Shown: positions 13,361 through 27,204, counted from the whole stretch's first letter. The stretch is 63,737 nt of DNA, filler included, from Welwitschia mirabilis (GCA_051453625.1; 6 parts of one record of this genome joined end to end with filler, not necessarily neighbours in it), one strand, 5' to 3'. Notes: generated from the letters alone by a model not told the origin. Numbers and translations are program-made.

Positions 13361-14510
13361 AGGCTGCAAGGAGCTAAGAGGATTATCACTAATTAGGTAA
13401 GTATCTTGAACCTTTTTATTCAGGTTATGGATTTTGAATTAGTGTTGTACTTTTCTAGCCTAGGTTAAAATAGGTTTATTTTTGTAACTCAAAATTCTGC
13501 ATTTTCTTTTTCTTTCTCTATTATCTTACCTGTTATTTGCATGACTTAAGGGGACGATAGTCTAAAAAATGTTCTGCATTTCCATATTTTTGCATTTTAT
13601 TTTTCATAAAATAAATCTCTATCATCTTCTCTATCATCTCCACGATAGTACTAGACGATAGTTTTCTGTTTTTCTAAGTTTCTGTCATTTTGAATTTTTC
13701 TGTTTGCTATGATCATCATCCTACCTATCGTCCCCATGACCAGATGGATGATAGTCTACTATTTTTGATTTCTTCATTCTATTAGTCATTTGAGCATGTA
13801 GGAATATAGTGAATACTGGTAAAAAGACAAAATATCAGAGAGAATGAAACCTGATTGNNNNNNNNNNNNNNNNNNNNNNNNNNNNNNNNNNNNNNNNNNN
13901 NNNNNNNNNNNNNNNNNNNNNNNNNNNNNNNNNNNNNNNNNNNNNNNNNNNNNNNNNNNNNNNNNNNNNNNNNNNNNNNNNNNNNNNNNNNNNNNNNNNN
14001 NNNNNNNNNNNNNNNNNNNNNNNNNNNNNNNNNNNNNNNNNNNNNNNNNNNNNNNNNNNNNNNNNNNNNNNNNNNNNNNNNNNNNNNNNNNNNNNNNNNN
14101 NNNNNNNNNNNNNNNNNNNNNNNNNNNNNNNNNNNNNNNNNNNNNNNNNNNNNNNNNNNNNNNNNNNNNNNNNNNNNNNNNNNNNNNNNNNNNNNNNNNN
14201 NNNNNNNNNNNNNNNNNNNNNNNNNNNNNNNNNNNNNNNNNNNNNNNNNNNNNNNNNNNNNNNNNNNNNNNNNNNNNNNNNNNNNNNNNNNNNNNNNNNN
14301 NNNNNNNNNNNNNNNNNNNNNNNNNNNNNNNNNNNNNNNNNNNNNNNNNNNNNNNNNNNNNNNNNNNNNNNNNNNNNNNNNNNNNNNNNNNNNNNNNNNN
14401 NNNNNNNNNNNNNNNNNNNNNNNNNNNNNNNNNNNNNNNNNNNNNNNNNNNNNNNNNNNNNNNNNNNNNNNNNNNNNNNNNNNNNNNNNNNNNNNNNNNN
14501 NNNNNNNNNN

Positions 14511-17500
14511 CTTTTTCAAATGCGAATGTTACACTTAGGGATTTAATTACTAATAGAAAATATGAAATTCAAAATATTTTTGATTTACCTCCTGGAGATG
14601 ATGTAGAGTTAAGAAATTTAAGTGCTTACCCAATCTTTTCAGGGAAACTAGAAGAAGATTCTTTTCAACATCTAGCCGACATAGAACAACTTGTGCTTAC
14701 ATCTTGAAATGGAAAAAAAATGTATTATATGATTATTTTTCCAGTTACCCTTAGAGGTAGGCAAAAATTTGGTTAAAAACCTCCTACATAAAAGTCTTAA
14801 ATCATGGAGTCAAGTGCAAGAAGTTTTTATTAAACAATTTTTGAGTGACAGTACTATGATGAAAAGAAGAAAATAAGTCACCAACTTCCAACAACAATCA
14901 CATGAAGATTATGCAACTGCATATGAATGTTTTATAATTGCTAATCATTCCAACCCTATTGATGAATTTCATAAGGAAGACTAGTAGATTATTTTTATAG
15001 TGGATGAAATGCTTCAACTAAATAACTTGTGGACTTTTTTTATGAAGGAAATTTGTTGAACTTAAGTTTAGGTANNNNNNNNNNNNNNNNNNNNNNNNNN
15101 NNNNNNNNNNNNNNNNNNNNNNNNNNNNNNNNNNNNNNNNNNNNNNNNNNNNNNNNNNNNNNNNNNNNNNNNNNAATACTAGTAGATTATTTTTATAGTG
15201 GATGAAATGCTTCAACTAAATAACTTGTGGACTATTTTTATGAAGGAAATTTGTTGAACTTAAGTTTAGGTAATTCTTAGAGTATGCTAGAAAATTTAGT
15301 GGAAATTAGTCAAACTTGTCTTAAACCCACTAAGAAAAACCATACTGTAGGACAAATTTTGAAAGACCTCAAAGAGGTAAAACATGATAAAGAAGAAGAA
15401 AGAAAGGATTCAAGTAACTTGATGAAAGATTTCATTACTACTTTAAAGAAGTAAATGCAAATGATAGTTGATGCAAAGGTTTGTAAAAATGAACCCTCAA
15501 CTTCTAGTTGTAAACTTTGTGAAGATGATNNNNNNNNNNNNNNNNNNNNNNNNNNNNNNNNNNNNNNNNNNNNNNNNNNNNNNNNNNNNNNNNNTGCTTT
15601 CAACAAAAGAACTTCTAACTTTATGATCCAACCACTGTTTCAACAAAGACTAAGTGGGAAACCCCAATGGAAACCATTTAATAATAGATTTAAAAGTCCC
15701 AATTTTCAAACACACTCTACAATCCTCTTAGAGAATCCATTGAGGAAATGAGAAAAGTGCAAGAAAACACCAATAGCAACATTAAGAACCTAGTGAATGT
15801 ACTTTAATAAACAATGCTTGATAACCAAAGACCGCAAGGATCTCTTGAATCCAAACGAAGTTAGAAGAGACTTAAAGATTATAACAAGAAGTAGGAAAGA
15901 TACAACACCTCCTACTNNNNNNNNNNNNNNNNNNNNNNNNNNNNNNNNNNNNNNNNNNNNNNNNNNNNNNNNNNNNNNNNNNNNNNNNNNNNNNNNNNNN
16001 NNNNNNNNNNNNNNNNNNNNNNNNNNNNNNNNNNNNNNNNNNNNNNNNNNNNNNNNNNNNNNNNNNNNNNNNNNNNNNNNNNNNNNNNNNNNNNNNNNNN
16101 NNNNNNNNNNNNNNNNNNNNNNNNNNNNNNNNNNNNNNNNNNNNNNNNNNNNNNNNNNNNNNNNNNNNNNNNNNNNNNNNNNNNNNNNNNNNNNNNNNNN
16201 NNNNNNNNNNNNNNNNNNNNNNNNNNNNNNNNNNNNNNNNNNNNNNNNNNNNNNNNNNNACTAAAACAAAGCAATTGAGGAAGATGATGTAGAAATTCTA
16301 GATTCTTATAATCTTCCTTCCACATCATCTACTAAAACCTCTACCAAACATAATTTAAAGGAGGATAAGAAAAAGAGACCATCAAATCCTTGGCTTGATA
16401 GATTGAACACAAACCCTACATTTGACGAATACTTAAAAGCCTGAATGCAAGAAGTCAATATTAACCTTCCCTTTTTGAAACTCTTATAATAAAATCCCAA
16501 ATATTCTAAGTTATGGAAGGACTTAGTGAGAAAAAAGCAAAAACGTGTCATTCCAAGTAAAGTCTTTCTCACCCAATCTCTTTTCAAATTAGTGATGAAA
16601 AAATGTCCTAAATTCAAAGATCCTGGGGCTGCAACTATTAGTGTTACTTTAGATGGAAACAAAAAAATTAAAAATGCTTTGATTGACATAGGTGTAAGTA
16701 TGAAAATTATGCCTTTTCATATATGTAAAAGATTTGGTTTAGAAAGTAGAGTTGAACCTATGCCTATTATTCTAGAGCTAGCTGACACCTCAATTAAGAA
16801 ATCATTAGGAATCATTAAGGACCTAGTCATACAAATTGAGAAAGATTTTTATCCCATTGATGTTGTTATAATTGAAATACAGCATGATGGAGGGTATTCA
16901 CTACTTCTAGAAAGATCCTTTTACGCTACAGCCCATTGTATCATTGACACTCGATCTGGAATGATAAGATACCACTTTGACAATAAAGAAATTACCATTA
17001 AGATCTTTGATGCTACTAAAAAAGATATAAGAACTGATTTCAATATTAAAGATGATTTGAGACCAACTTTATTTCTATAACATCAATCCATAGAAGAGAG
17101 ATTAATTATGCTACATGAACCAACTTTGTATGATAACCCAAATAAAGTAAATTATTTTAAATCTCAGAAAGAAGTTCTTGAGGATGAGAAAGAAATCCAA
17201 CATCTTTACTTGGCAGAAAATTTTTTTGAAGAGTGTCATCCCCTACCTATCGTCTCCACGACAGATGGGATGACAAACCAACTTAACACCTATGATCTTA
17301 AGAAGTTACCCAAAGGTCTAAAATACATATTTCTATCTGTAAATCAAATGAACCCTCTGATAACCAGTGATCTTCTCACTTCTGAATAAGAATCAGATGT
17401 AACCTCACTTTTAGATTCAAAGAAAAATTCCTTTGCTTAGACACATAAAGATTTAGATTCCATTCCTCTTTTCATAGTTTAGCATAAAATCTATCTTGAG

Positions 17501-20500
17501 GATAATGCCAAACCTATTAGACAACCCCAAAGAAGACTAAATCCAGTTCTTAAACAAATTGTTAAAGATGTAATCATTAAATCTATGGATGGTGGAATTA
17601 TTTNNNNNNNNNNNNNNNNNNNNNNNNNNNNNNNNNNNNNNNNNNNNNNNNNNNNNNNNNNNNNNNNNNNNNNNNNNNNNNNNNNNNNNNNNNNNNNNNN
17701 NNNNNNNNNNNNNNNNNNNNNNNNNNNNNNNNNNNNNNNNNNNNNNNNNNNNNNNNNNNNNNNNNNNNNNNNNNNNNNNNNNNNNNNNNNNNNNNNNNNN
17801 NNNNNNNNNNNNNNNNNNNNNNNNNNNNNNNNNNNNNNNNNNNNNNNNNNNNNNNNNNNNNNNNNNNNNNNNNNNNNNNNNNNNNNNNNNNNNNNNNNNN
17901 NNNNNNNNNNNNNNNNNNNNNNNNNNNNNNNNNNNNNNNNNNNNNNNNNNNNNNNNNNNNNNNNNNNNNNNNNNNNNNNNNNNNNNNNNNNNNNNNNNNN
18001 NNNNNNNNNNNNNNNNNNNNNNNNNNNNNNNNNNNNNNNNNNNNNNNNNNNNNNNNNNNNNNNNNNNNNNNNNNNNNNNNNNNNNNNNNNNNNNNNNNNN
18101 NNNNNNNNNNNNNNNNNNNNNNNNNNNNNNNNNNNNNNNNNNNNNNNNNNNNNNNNNNNNNNNNNNNNNNNNNNNNNNNNNNNNNNNNNNNNNNNNNNNN
18201 NNNNNNNNNNNNNNNNNNNNNNNNNNNNNNNNNNNNNNNNNNNNNNNNNNNNNNNNNNNNNNNNNNNNNNNNNNNNNNNNNNNNNNNNNNNNNNNNNNNN
18301 NNNNNNNNNNNNNNNNNNNNNNNNNNNNNNNNNNNNNNNNNNNNNNNNNNNNNNNNNNNNNNNNNNNNNNNNNNNNNNNNNNNNNNNNNNNNNNNNNNNN
18401 NNNNNNNNNNNNNNNNNNNNNNNNNNNNNNNNNNNNNNNNNNNNNNNNTGCTAAGATTAGAAAAAGTCCTTGATAAATGTATTGAAAGTGGGTTACACTT
18501 GAGTTGGGAAAAGAGTTTCTTCCTTATTCAACATGGAATTGTTTTGGGTTACACATTTTAAAGGAAGGAATGAGGATGGATCCCATAAAAGTAGATATCA
18601 TTAAAAATCTTAACCCTCCAACAAATGTCAAACAAGTTATATCTCTCCTTGGACATGCTAGTTTATATCACTGATTCATTCATGACTATGTCAAAACTTG
18701 TGAACCTCTCCACTCTCTACTTGAAAAAGATGTCAAATTCAAGTGATCTAATTCTTGCCATCTGGCTTTTGAAACTCTTAAGGATAAAATCTCTTCTGAA
18801 CCTATTATCACGGGTCCTGATTAGAACAAAAACTTTTAACTTATATGTGATGCAAGCAACATTGCTGTAGGGGGAGGGCTCTCAGTCAAAAATATGAGAA
18901 TAGATTCAAAGTCATATACCTTAGTAAAACTTTGACAAGTGTCCAATCCAACTACACTACAATTGAGAGAGAAATTCTTGCTATCATCTTTTTCTTGGAT
19001 CATTTTTAATACTATCTTCTTGGTTTTTACATCAATATCTACACAGATCATGTAGCCATCTGTTATCTCATGACTAAAAAAGATTCAAGTGCCAAACTTA
19101 TTAGATGAATTCTTTTAGTGCAAGAATTTAATCTTACCATCATTGATAAAGCTAGAAAACATAATATCATGACTGACCATCTTTCTTGACTTACTTGCTT
19201 CATTAATGAAACTCCTATTAATGACTCCTCTCCTGATTAGTAACTCTTTGCAATTAAAAAATAGTATGTTATCTCTTCTTCTTATTTCGCTCCTTAGTAT
19301 GATAACATCATCAATTATCTAGTAACCATGAAAACTCCTCAGCATTGGAACAATAATCAATGAAAAGCTTTTCTCTATAGGATCGGTGACTATGAGTGGA
19401 ATAAGCCACATCTTTATAGATATTAAAAAGATTAAATTATGCATAAATGTAGCCTGAATGGAAGACTTTGGAAATTTTAACACTTTGTCATGGTGGATTT
19501 TGTGGAAAATAATTTAGTGGCCAAAAAACTGCCATGAAAATTCTTCACTCTAGATTTCATTGGCCAACTCTTTTTAAAGATTCATTTGACTTTTCTTAAA
19601 AGTGCGATGCTTGTCAATGTTATGGTACCCTCACTTATTCTCATGATATGTCCCTTAAACCTATACTTGAATGTGAACCTTTTAATTGTTGGGGAATCAA
19701 CTTTGTGGACCCAATTTTACCACCTTCCAATGAGAAAAATTATATTTTAGTAGTTGTAGATTATGTTACTAAGTGGGTTGAAGCTGCTCCTACCACAAAA
19801 AATGATGCCTAAACTATTTGTAACTTTGTTTGAACCCATATTTTTTAATGATTTGGATTTCCATGTATTATCACTAGTGATTAAGATACCCATTTCATTA
19901 ACCACCTCTTTTAAAAACTTCTTCTATCCATTGGTGTTAAACATAGAGTTGCTTGTGCTTATCATCCTCAAACCAATGGCCTAGCTGAAAATGCAAATAA
20001 AGAGATCAAGAAAATGATTTAAAAATTAGTATTTATTAATAAGAAGACTCGGTCCTTTAAACTTAATAATGTTCTTTGACCTTATCATACCACTTGACAT
20101 AACTCTCTCAGTTTTTCACCGTATGAACTTGTGTACTGTAAAGTTTATGTTTTACCAGTTGATGTTTGCTATAATTCTTATTGTTTCACCCATTAACTGA
20201 ACTTTGTTGACTTGAATCAAAATCTTAAAATCCATTTAGGCCAACTTGACCACCTTGATGAAAAATGTACCCATGTCCTACATCGTCAACTTATTCAAAA
20301 GACTTAAGCTAAGTTTTGACATGATAAAATGATTATTCATAAATAGTTTAAACCTGGCCAATTTGTCTTATTGTATAACAACCGATTACACCTTATACAC
20401 AATAAGTTAACTTCTAAATGATTAGGCCCTTATCTTATTGAAAAAGTACACTCAAATGGATTAGTTGAAATTTCTAATCTAAACACTAAAGAAATCCAAA

Positions 20501-20592
20501 AAGTTAATGGATAAAGGTTAAAAATTTATGAGTTATTTTCTAATGAAACCTTGAACATGATAGAAGCATTTGTTTTGAAAGCCCCTCTATAA
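14511..20592 (+). pseudogene. Athila-like gag-pol (gag, protease, RT, RNase H, integrase)
   Basis: gag PIFSGKLEEDSFQHLADIE; PR KFKDPGAATI..ALIDIGVSMKIMP; RT start HKIYLEDNAKPIRQPQRRLNPV; RH LICDASN..TDHVAI; INT LVVVDYVTKWVEA, AYHPQTNGLAE, KVNG.RLKIY. Many stops, frameshifts and gaps. Confidence 0.92.
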
Positions 20593-21029
20593 GAGGAACA
20601 CCTTCCTTTTGCCATTATCTAAATTCTTTATTAACTCATTCCTTTGGTCTACATCATATTATCACTTGAATATATTTAACTTGAAATCTTTATTTATTTA
20701 TAAAGTTTCCATGATGAGTAATATTTTACTTTAGGAATTTACAATGATAAAAATTGGCTTAATCCAATTTTCAGATATTCGCATATCTATGAACTTCATT
20801 TAAAAGGAAGATGCCTTAATTCTTTTATTATCTTTCAATGATGTAAGTAAATTAGTTATTGGTACAGGATCTTATTTTGTTACTCATCTCATTTCCTCAC
20901 TTTTATTCTTATAAGTACTTAATCATGTGGAATGATATGTCTCAAAAAAAGCATCTAAAGAAAAAAAAAGAAAAGAAAGGAAATAATCTATCATGATTTT
21001 CTTATGTTATATCTGTACATACATGGTAG

Positions 21030-21186
21030 TCTTGATATCCTACTACAAGCGCACTAGGGCAAATATTCTTAAGAGGGGCCTTTGGCAGTGTGATATGGTA
21101 GCTATGGGAACTCCACTGGGGGGTCAGTCGATCATGCTGTATGGGTCCTTACTCCTCTGACAATGGTTACACTCCCCTAATCATGA
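21030..21186 (+). other. Conserved GC-rich post-integrase block, putative structured cis-RNA (copy 1)
   Basis: Homologous to 41372-41530, rc 49823-49970 and rc 55931-56090. Confidence 0.7.
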
Positions 21187-22576
21187 ACATAATAAATCAC
21201 TTTTCTTTAGTTATCTATTTTTAGTACTTTCACATGATCACTTACTTTTTGGATTTTAGTGTTTGTTTTGATATGGTAGCTTATAAGTCTGTGTATTTTA
21301 ATAGCTTTTTATCTTATCATTCATTGTTTGATAACCTTAGCATACTTGACATTGTCATAATCATTACTCAATTGAGTGAAAATTTATTAATTTCTACATT
21401 ATGTCATGCATCATTAATCAAGTAGATTTATGATTGTTACTATAGGAATTTGTTAGGTTAGCATTTAGAGTAATCATGCAATCTTCTTAATGTTTCTAGT
21501 TATCAATTTTTTATTTTATTTTTCTTTGGTTATTTTCTTGCAAATTTCAGACTTATTTCCTTCTACTTTTTTAGCATGATATCATGGCCCTAATCATTTT
21601 CTAGTTTCTTATGATATTTTTTAAAGGATGGTTGTTCCTTTTTGCCAGGTTTTCTTGATCTGATGAGTTCCAGCTTTCCATGCATATGGGCATATTTAAG
21701 GCATCTCTGAGTAGTATTTTTTCTTTATGCATTTTTCTCTATAATAACTTTCTACTTCTCCATCATGCATTTACCTTTTAGGCTCTTTATTTCTCAAGTC
21801 ACACTCTCTCTTTTCCATTGCATTCCTGCATTTTTTGATTTTCTAACTTTTTTAGGTCTCATCATACTCTCAATATTAGTTATTTTGGAGTTTATCATCC
21901 TCCTTAGTCATTCCCACACCAGAGGGGATGATACTCCCTTTTTTCTTAAGGTGTACTTGGGGACGACTTGGTTTTCCTAGGGGGGGGAAGAGGGGAGGGG
22001 GNNNNNNNNNNNNNNNNNNNNNNNNNNNNNNNNNNNNNNNNNNNNNNNNNNNNNNNNNNNNNNNNNNNNNNNNNNNNNNNNNNNNNNNNNNNNNNNNNNN
22101 NNNNNNNNNNNNNNNNNNNNNNNNNNNNNNNNNNNNNNNNNNNNNNNNNAAGATCTAGCAGTACTTATACATGTTTTCTTTATCCATATTTTTTGGATCA
22201 TCTAATTGTGTTTTATTTATTGTTGTTGTTTCTTACCTTGTTGATGTACTAATATGATCACCTAAATTATGCAATACAGAAATTTCTTAAGTTGTCATAA
22301 TGGCCCATTGTTTTTGTTCTATATTATGCATATAGAGTTTCACTTTTATGAGCCATCAGGTTTTACTTTATGATTTCTATATGTGTATTGAACTCATTTT
22401 GTAGTGACATGCTTAAGTAAGGGAATTAAAAAAAATTTTTAGTGATTGTATTAATTACCTATTAATGGTATCATTTGCTATGGATTCAATTTACATTTTA
22501 CAAGCATTACTTTTATCTTAAACAAATTGGCTTGTAATATAGTTGATCACTTACTTTGTCAGGGACTGACAAGGCT

Positions 22577-22589
22577 AAGTAGGAGGCTA
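22577..22589 (+). promoter_or_regulatory. Polypurine tract of element A
   Basis: AAGTAGGAGGCTA immediately before the TGTTGC LTR start. Same motif at 42399 and rc 46364-46376. Confidence 0.75.
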
Positions 22590-23040
22590 TGTTGCAATGC
22601 TAATTTATGGAAATTTGATGATGTATTTTAAGTACTTTTATAGGACATTCATATAGGTTTTGATGCAATACTGATGATTATGAGGATTTGANNNNNNNNN
22701 NNNNNNNNNNNNNNNNNNNNNNNNNNNNNNNNNNNNNNNNNNNNNNNNNNNNNNNNNNNNNNNNNNNNNNNNNNNNNNNNNNNNNNNNNNNATGCTAATT
22801 TATGGAAATTTGATGGTGTATTTTAAGTACTTTTATAGGACATTCATATAGGTTTTGATGCAATACTGATGATTATGAGGATTTGATATGATGATCAACA
22901 AAACATCTGATATTTGGCATTATTAGTAGTTTTTCAGCCTTATTATGATACTACAGGATTGGAGGAAGGACTCTATAATACAAAGACTAACTTACCTTAG
23001 AGACAAGAACAAAAGAAGGGAGTCCTCCTCTCTGTCATCC
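22590..23040 (+). repeat. 3' LTR of element A (partial)
   Basis: Matches 11951-12200, with 12 differences in ~110 aligned bases counted by eye. Contains an assembly overlap duplication around the 100-N gap. Confidence 0.85.
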
Positions 23041-23140
23041 NNNNNNNNNNNNNNNNNNNNNNNNNNNNNNNNNNNNNNNNNNNNTTAATTAATTAANNNN
23101 NNNNNNNNNNNNNNNNNNNNNNNNNNNNNNNNNNNNNNNN
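23041..23140. other. Artificial contig spacer N44-TTAATTAATTAA-N44 (also at 33451-33550, 55266-55365, 59093-59192, 62433-62532)
   Basis: The identical 100-nt construct occurs five times. The 12-mer gives stop codons in all six frames. Confidence 0.97.
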
Positions 23141-23975
23141 AAAATAATTAAATAATACCATCATTCCCTCTGTCATCCCCACGATAAGTAGGATGATGCC
23201 AACATTTGATGCTGACATGACTTGTTGAAATACTACCGAGTCATTATGTTGAATCATCTTTTGAAATGAGCTGTCATCCCCATCAACATCCAAATGACAG
23301 CCGGGATGAACTAATTCTGATATCTGACCTTTGGCCATTTAATTCATTTCTTTTATATAAAGAAGCATTTTTTTTTGTCATTTTCTATTGTGTTTCCCTA
23401 TAAATAAAGACTCCCTTTGATTCTTCTATTTATCTTTGATTTGTGATAGGAGATCGAGGGGTGGAAGATCCATTTCAAGAGTTGTATAAAGACGTTCCCT
23501 TGATGGAGGGCTGTGTATCCTCCATTGAGGCTTGACTATTTTTTAATGCAAATGTTATTCTTTTTAATATAAACTTTGTTTTCATATTTGCATATTAGAT
23601 TGTTAGATGTTCCTTATGGTTTATATTATTCCTAATCTGATGACAATTTCATTGGTGATATAGATCATTAAGGGTACTCTTTATCAAGGCTAAAAGAAAA
23701 GTAGTTTAGATTCATTCTACATTACGTTTAGATTAGGTTGAACTTTGCATTTGCATTGCATCCTTTATTTTCTACATTATTCTTTAGTTTTAATTACTTT
23801 ACTTCTTTGTGAAAAGTAATTCTTAGTCTCATCTCATATTCTTCAATGAGAATATGACATTCGGGTTTACTCCCATTCATATTAGTGTGTTGTAGTATAT
23901 CAGATATCTATTTTATTTATGAAGTTACAGAATCCTCTTAAGTATAAAACTCTTGCATAAATACATACTATAATA
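23141..23975 (+). repeat. LTR 3' part of a related Athila-like subfamily (closer to element B LTRs)
   Basis: Collinear with 35445-36296. Ends cttgcataaatacatactataata vs cttgcataaatacacatcacaaca. No PBS follows, so it is a 3' or solo LTR. Confidence 0.75.
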
Positions 23976-25432
23976 AAAACACAAGCAGATATAAATGTTA
24001 AAATACATAATTTTTTCCATAATTAGAATTTAATCCTATGATTTTTCTGTTTATAGATTAGGTGCTTTGCCATCACACCAAATGAGCACCTAGTAATGGA
24101 AATCTACAACAAAATTAGAAAAAAGATTTTTATCCACAGTTATAACTATGAGGAAGATAGCAAATAGGAATAGAGCAATGCTAAAGGAGTGCAAGAAGGG
24201 AATGGAATAATAAGTAGAAAAACATAGGCAACATGAAGACAAGCACACACAAAGAGGCTACACTCAGTGCACACATGCAACAAGTCAAGACTATGGTGCT
24301 TATAGACAAGAGAGAAACAAAAGCAGATTAGTGTAGGGGTGAGCATGGAAGTGGTAATGAGTGAAGACAAAGGTAGGTTGGTGAAGGTAATGCATAGTGC
24401 AAATACGCAAAACATAAAACTTAATGGGCATTGCAAAAAGATTGGCTCATGGGTGTGGATATTCAATGGTGGGAGCATGACGATCTAAGGACAATGAATG
24501 GCAGTGTTGGGTAGCAAAAGCTGACAGAGTGTAGGGAGTAGATTGATAACTAGTAGGTGTTCAATGGTAGATACTATAGGAGCAAATTGGTAGGTAAGTG
24601 CTAAGAATATGCATAGTATTAATGGGCAACCACTCTTAACAGTTTAGGCAACATTACTGATCAGTGCACAAGAAGCTAGACTAGGCAAGATGCATAGCCT
24701 AGGGATGGTATGATAGGACCCATGGTAAGCAAGGTTAAAGCCTCCTCCTTAAAAATGAACCTAAGGCTAAGGTTACAGACTACATGCAAAGTTTGTAATT
24801 TTGAAGACATTATTTGAGTTCTCTATCTGTTTAAGAGAAGTTGAAAGAAAATCCTCACTATGATCTATTTATAGTTGGTACAACAATAATTTGGTTTCTT
24901 CTTATGGATTGTCAGCTATTGCAGTTAATTACATAATCTTCAAGAATTTGTTCAGAGGTAGAAGAACTATTATAATATTTACTATAGAAATATTAAAAAT
25001 AAAGGCTGTTTTGATGCAGATTTTACTACATCAAGACAGAAGTGGTTAATGCAAGTCAACACGTGCAAACCACAAAAAACACTTACTTTTTCTTTAAAAA
25101 AAATTCTTTAAAGAAATATTTTATAATGTGTATTTATTAAAAGTTTTTCTTTTAGAAAATACTATAAAAATTATTTTAAAAAACCATATATTTCCTTTAA
25201 AAGAAAAATACTTGCCCTTTTTTAAAAATAAGTTATCCCTAAAAAATATTTTCTTAAGAAAATAAAATGCCCATGTAAAAAAATATTTGATATTTATTTT
25301 TTAATTTAAATGCAAATATGTTAAAATAAGAAACTTTTAAAAAAGTTATTTTCTTTTAAAAAAGTAATTCCTTTAAAAGACTACCCCCTTAGAAAAAACT
25401 GCCTCCTAAAAAATTTTTGCCCTTTTAAAATA

Positions 25433-26180
25433 ATGAATGCCCCTTTAAAAATATTTTATATTTTCAAAAAATACTTAAAAATAAAAAATAGGAGAAGAAA
25501 TAAGAGAGAAATAGAGGCAAAAAAAACCCAAGCAGCCATAGAAAAGAGTTTAAAAAACTTCAAAGGAAGCTTTAGAAGATTTTCTTCAAAGCTTTCGTAT
25601 CACTTATTGGGAAACAGAAGAGCAAGAGCGAGAGCAAGATTTTTCAAAACAATGAATACCCCTTTAAAAATACTTTATATTTTCAAAAAATACTTAAAAA
25701 TAAAAAATAGGAGAAGAAATAAGATAAAAATAGAGACCCAAAAAACCCAAGCAGCCATAGAAAAGAGTTTAAAAAACTTTAAAGGGAGCTTTAGAAGATC
25801 TTCTTCAAAGCTCTCGTATCACTTATTAGGAAACAGAAGAGCAAGAGCAAGAGCAAGATTTTTCCAAACTAAAATTTTATTTCTCTAAAATATTTCATTA
25901 TTCTTATTTCATTGAAGAGCTTACTTATAAATGCAAGCATACCATTAGGGTTTTACTAGGATTTTCATGTATCCCTAGGTGTAGGACCAGAGTGTCATAC
26001 AAACCATAACAAGAGCAAGAGCAAGATTTTTCCAAAATTGAATTTTTATTTCTCTAAATATTTTACCATTTTTATTTTACTGAAGATTTTTCTTATAAAG
26101 GCAAGAATACCATTAGGCTTTTACTAGGGTTTTCATGTATCTGTAAGTATAGAACCATAGTATGCATGCAAACCTTAGCA
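25433..26180. repeat. Compound tandem duplication: 219 bp x2 (25433-25870) followed by ~170 bp x2 (about 25840-26180)
   Basis: Near-identical units, also visible in the ORF track as a duplicated peptide. The agagcaagagcaagattttt junction motif occurs three times. Confidence 0.9.
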
Positions 26181-26630
26181 GACTATGCTGGTTACAAAGA
26201 TACACATCAATCTACCATAGGTTATGTGTTCATCTTTGGTGAAGGAGCTATAAGCTAGATGTTTCATCCTCAATTTCATGTTGTTTTATCTACTAATGAG
26301 GCTAAGCATGTTATTTTCAATATGGGAGTAAAGGAGATGTTATGTCTAAATAACATGTTATGTTGGCTTGGACATACTCAACAAAAGTACACATTATGCT
26401 ATGATAGTCAAAGTACCTTATTCTTATGCAAGAATGTAGCGTATCATACTCAAAGTAAGCATATTGATGTGTGATATTAATTTGTTTGAGAGTTGGTAAA
26501 AGCTATAAAGCTTATTGTGTCAAATATATCTACTCAGTTAAATCTTATAGATTTCCTCACAAACGTAGTAGCTAGATGCAAGCATTCAGATTGTTGTAAA
26601 GGCATTGGTATAGTGTCTTGTTCAAACTAA
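26179..26630 (+). pseudogene. Ty1/Copia RNase H remnant
   Basis: ADYAGYKDTHQSTIGYVFIFGEGAIS*..VVLSTNEAKH..CYDSQSTLFLCKNVAYHTQSKHIDV..NLIDFLT. Confidence 0.9.
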
Positions 26631-26682
26631 CTATTGAAGGCGGTACATGTCTTAAAGAAAATTTGCTATTAAGTGGAAGAAT

Positions 26683-27204
26683 TATTAGTGTGATGGAAAA
26701 TTTAGAAAAGAATGTCTTTGTAACTCCCAGGTATTAATGACATTATAACACCCTCATCTTAATAGCACTTGTAATAGTCATGTATTATAACTTTCTTTGG
26801 TTGTAATAGTCATTGCAACAGTTATGCTACTATTTTAATAGCCATGTATTATAATCCCCTTTGGTTATAATAATCTTTGCAATAGTTATACTAAAATTAG
26901 TCCTGGGTGGAATGTTCTAGGATAAGGGCTAATGCTATATAAAGATCCTTGGATCCTTGGATGAGGGTGTGGTCTACTCAAGCAATTATTAAAGGGTGTT
27001 GGATAGAATTCTTCTCATAAGTCTGAAGCCTTATTATAACTCTTCTATTCTTTTCTAAAGAAAAATAGACTACCTTTTTTCCATGGATGTTTTCCTTTAC
27101 ATCAAAGGGTTTTATCATGTAAATCCTATGAGTGTATTTATTTTTGAGTTATTGTCTATTTTCTTCACTCTCATTCTATTCCTTACTTCCACATTTACAC
27201 AACA
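26683..27204 (+). repeat. Copia 3' LTR (preceded by PPT AAGTGGAAGA at 26671-26680)
   Basis: PPT then TATTAGTG (TG>TA decayed). TATA ctatataaag at about 26935. Ends tacttccacatttacacaaca. Contains an internal ~60-bp duplication at 26770-26890. Confidence 0.75.

Larger units (their letters stand above)
11951..23040 (+). mobile_element. Athila-like Ty3/Gypsy LTR retrotransposon, element A (gag-PR-RT-RH-INT, decayed)
   Basis: 5' LTR, Asp-type PBS, gag-pol with RT-RH-INT order, ~2 kb 3' non-coding region, PPT, and the start of a matching 3' LTR cut by an artificial spacer. Confidence 0.9.

Noticed and set aside
14980-15272. ~95-bp direct duplication in gag (also 22597-22691 vs 22792-22886)
   Set aside because: Near-identical copies flanking 100-N gaps, i.e. 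unmerged contig overlaps.
23085-23096. Recurrent perfect palindrome TTAATTAATTAA (five times)
   Set aside because: Always centred in exactly 44+44 N. It is an artificial six-frame-stop contig linker, not biology.
22590-23975. One continuous 3' LTR for element A
   Set aside because: Sequence after the spacer matches element B-type LTRs, not A's 5' LTR. The flanks (ATACT vs AAAAC) give no TSD.
24146-24720. 110-aa ORF, and possible inverted homology with 34560-35010
   Set aside because: Purine/pyrimidine-skewed low-complexity sequence with only short scattered matches and no domain.
25433-25888. 151-aa ORF with internal repeat
   Set aside because: By-product of a 219-bp AT-rich tandem duplication, with no recognisable domain.
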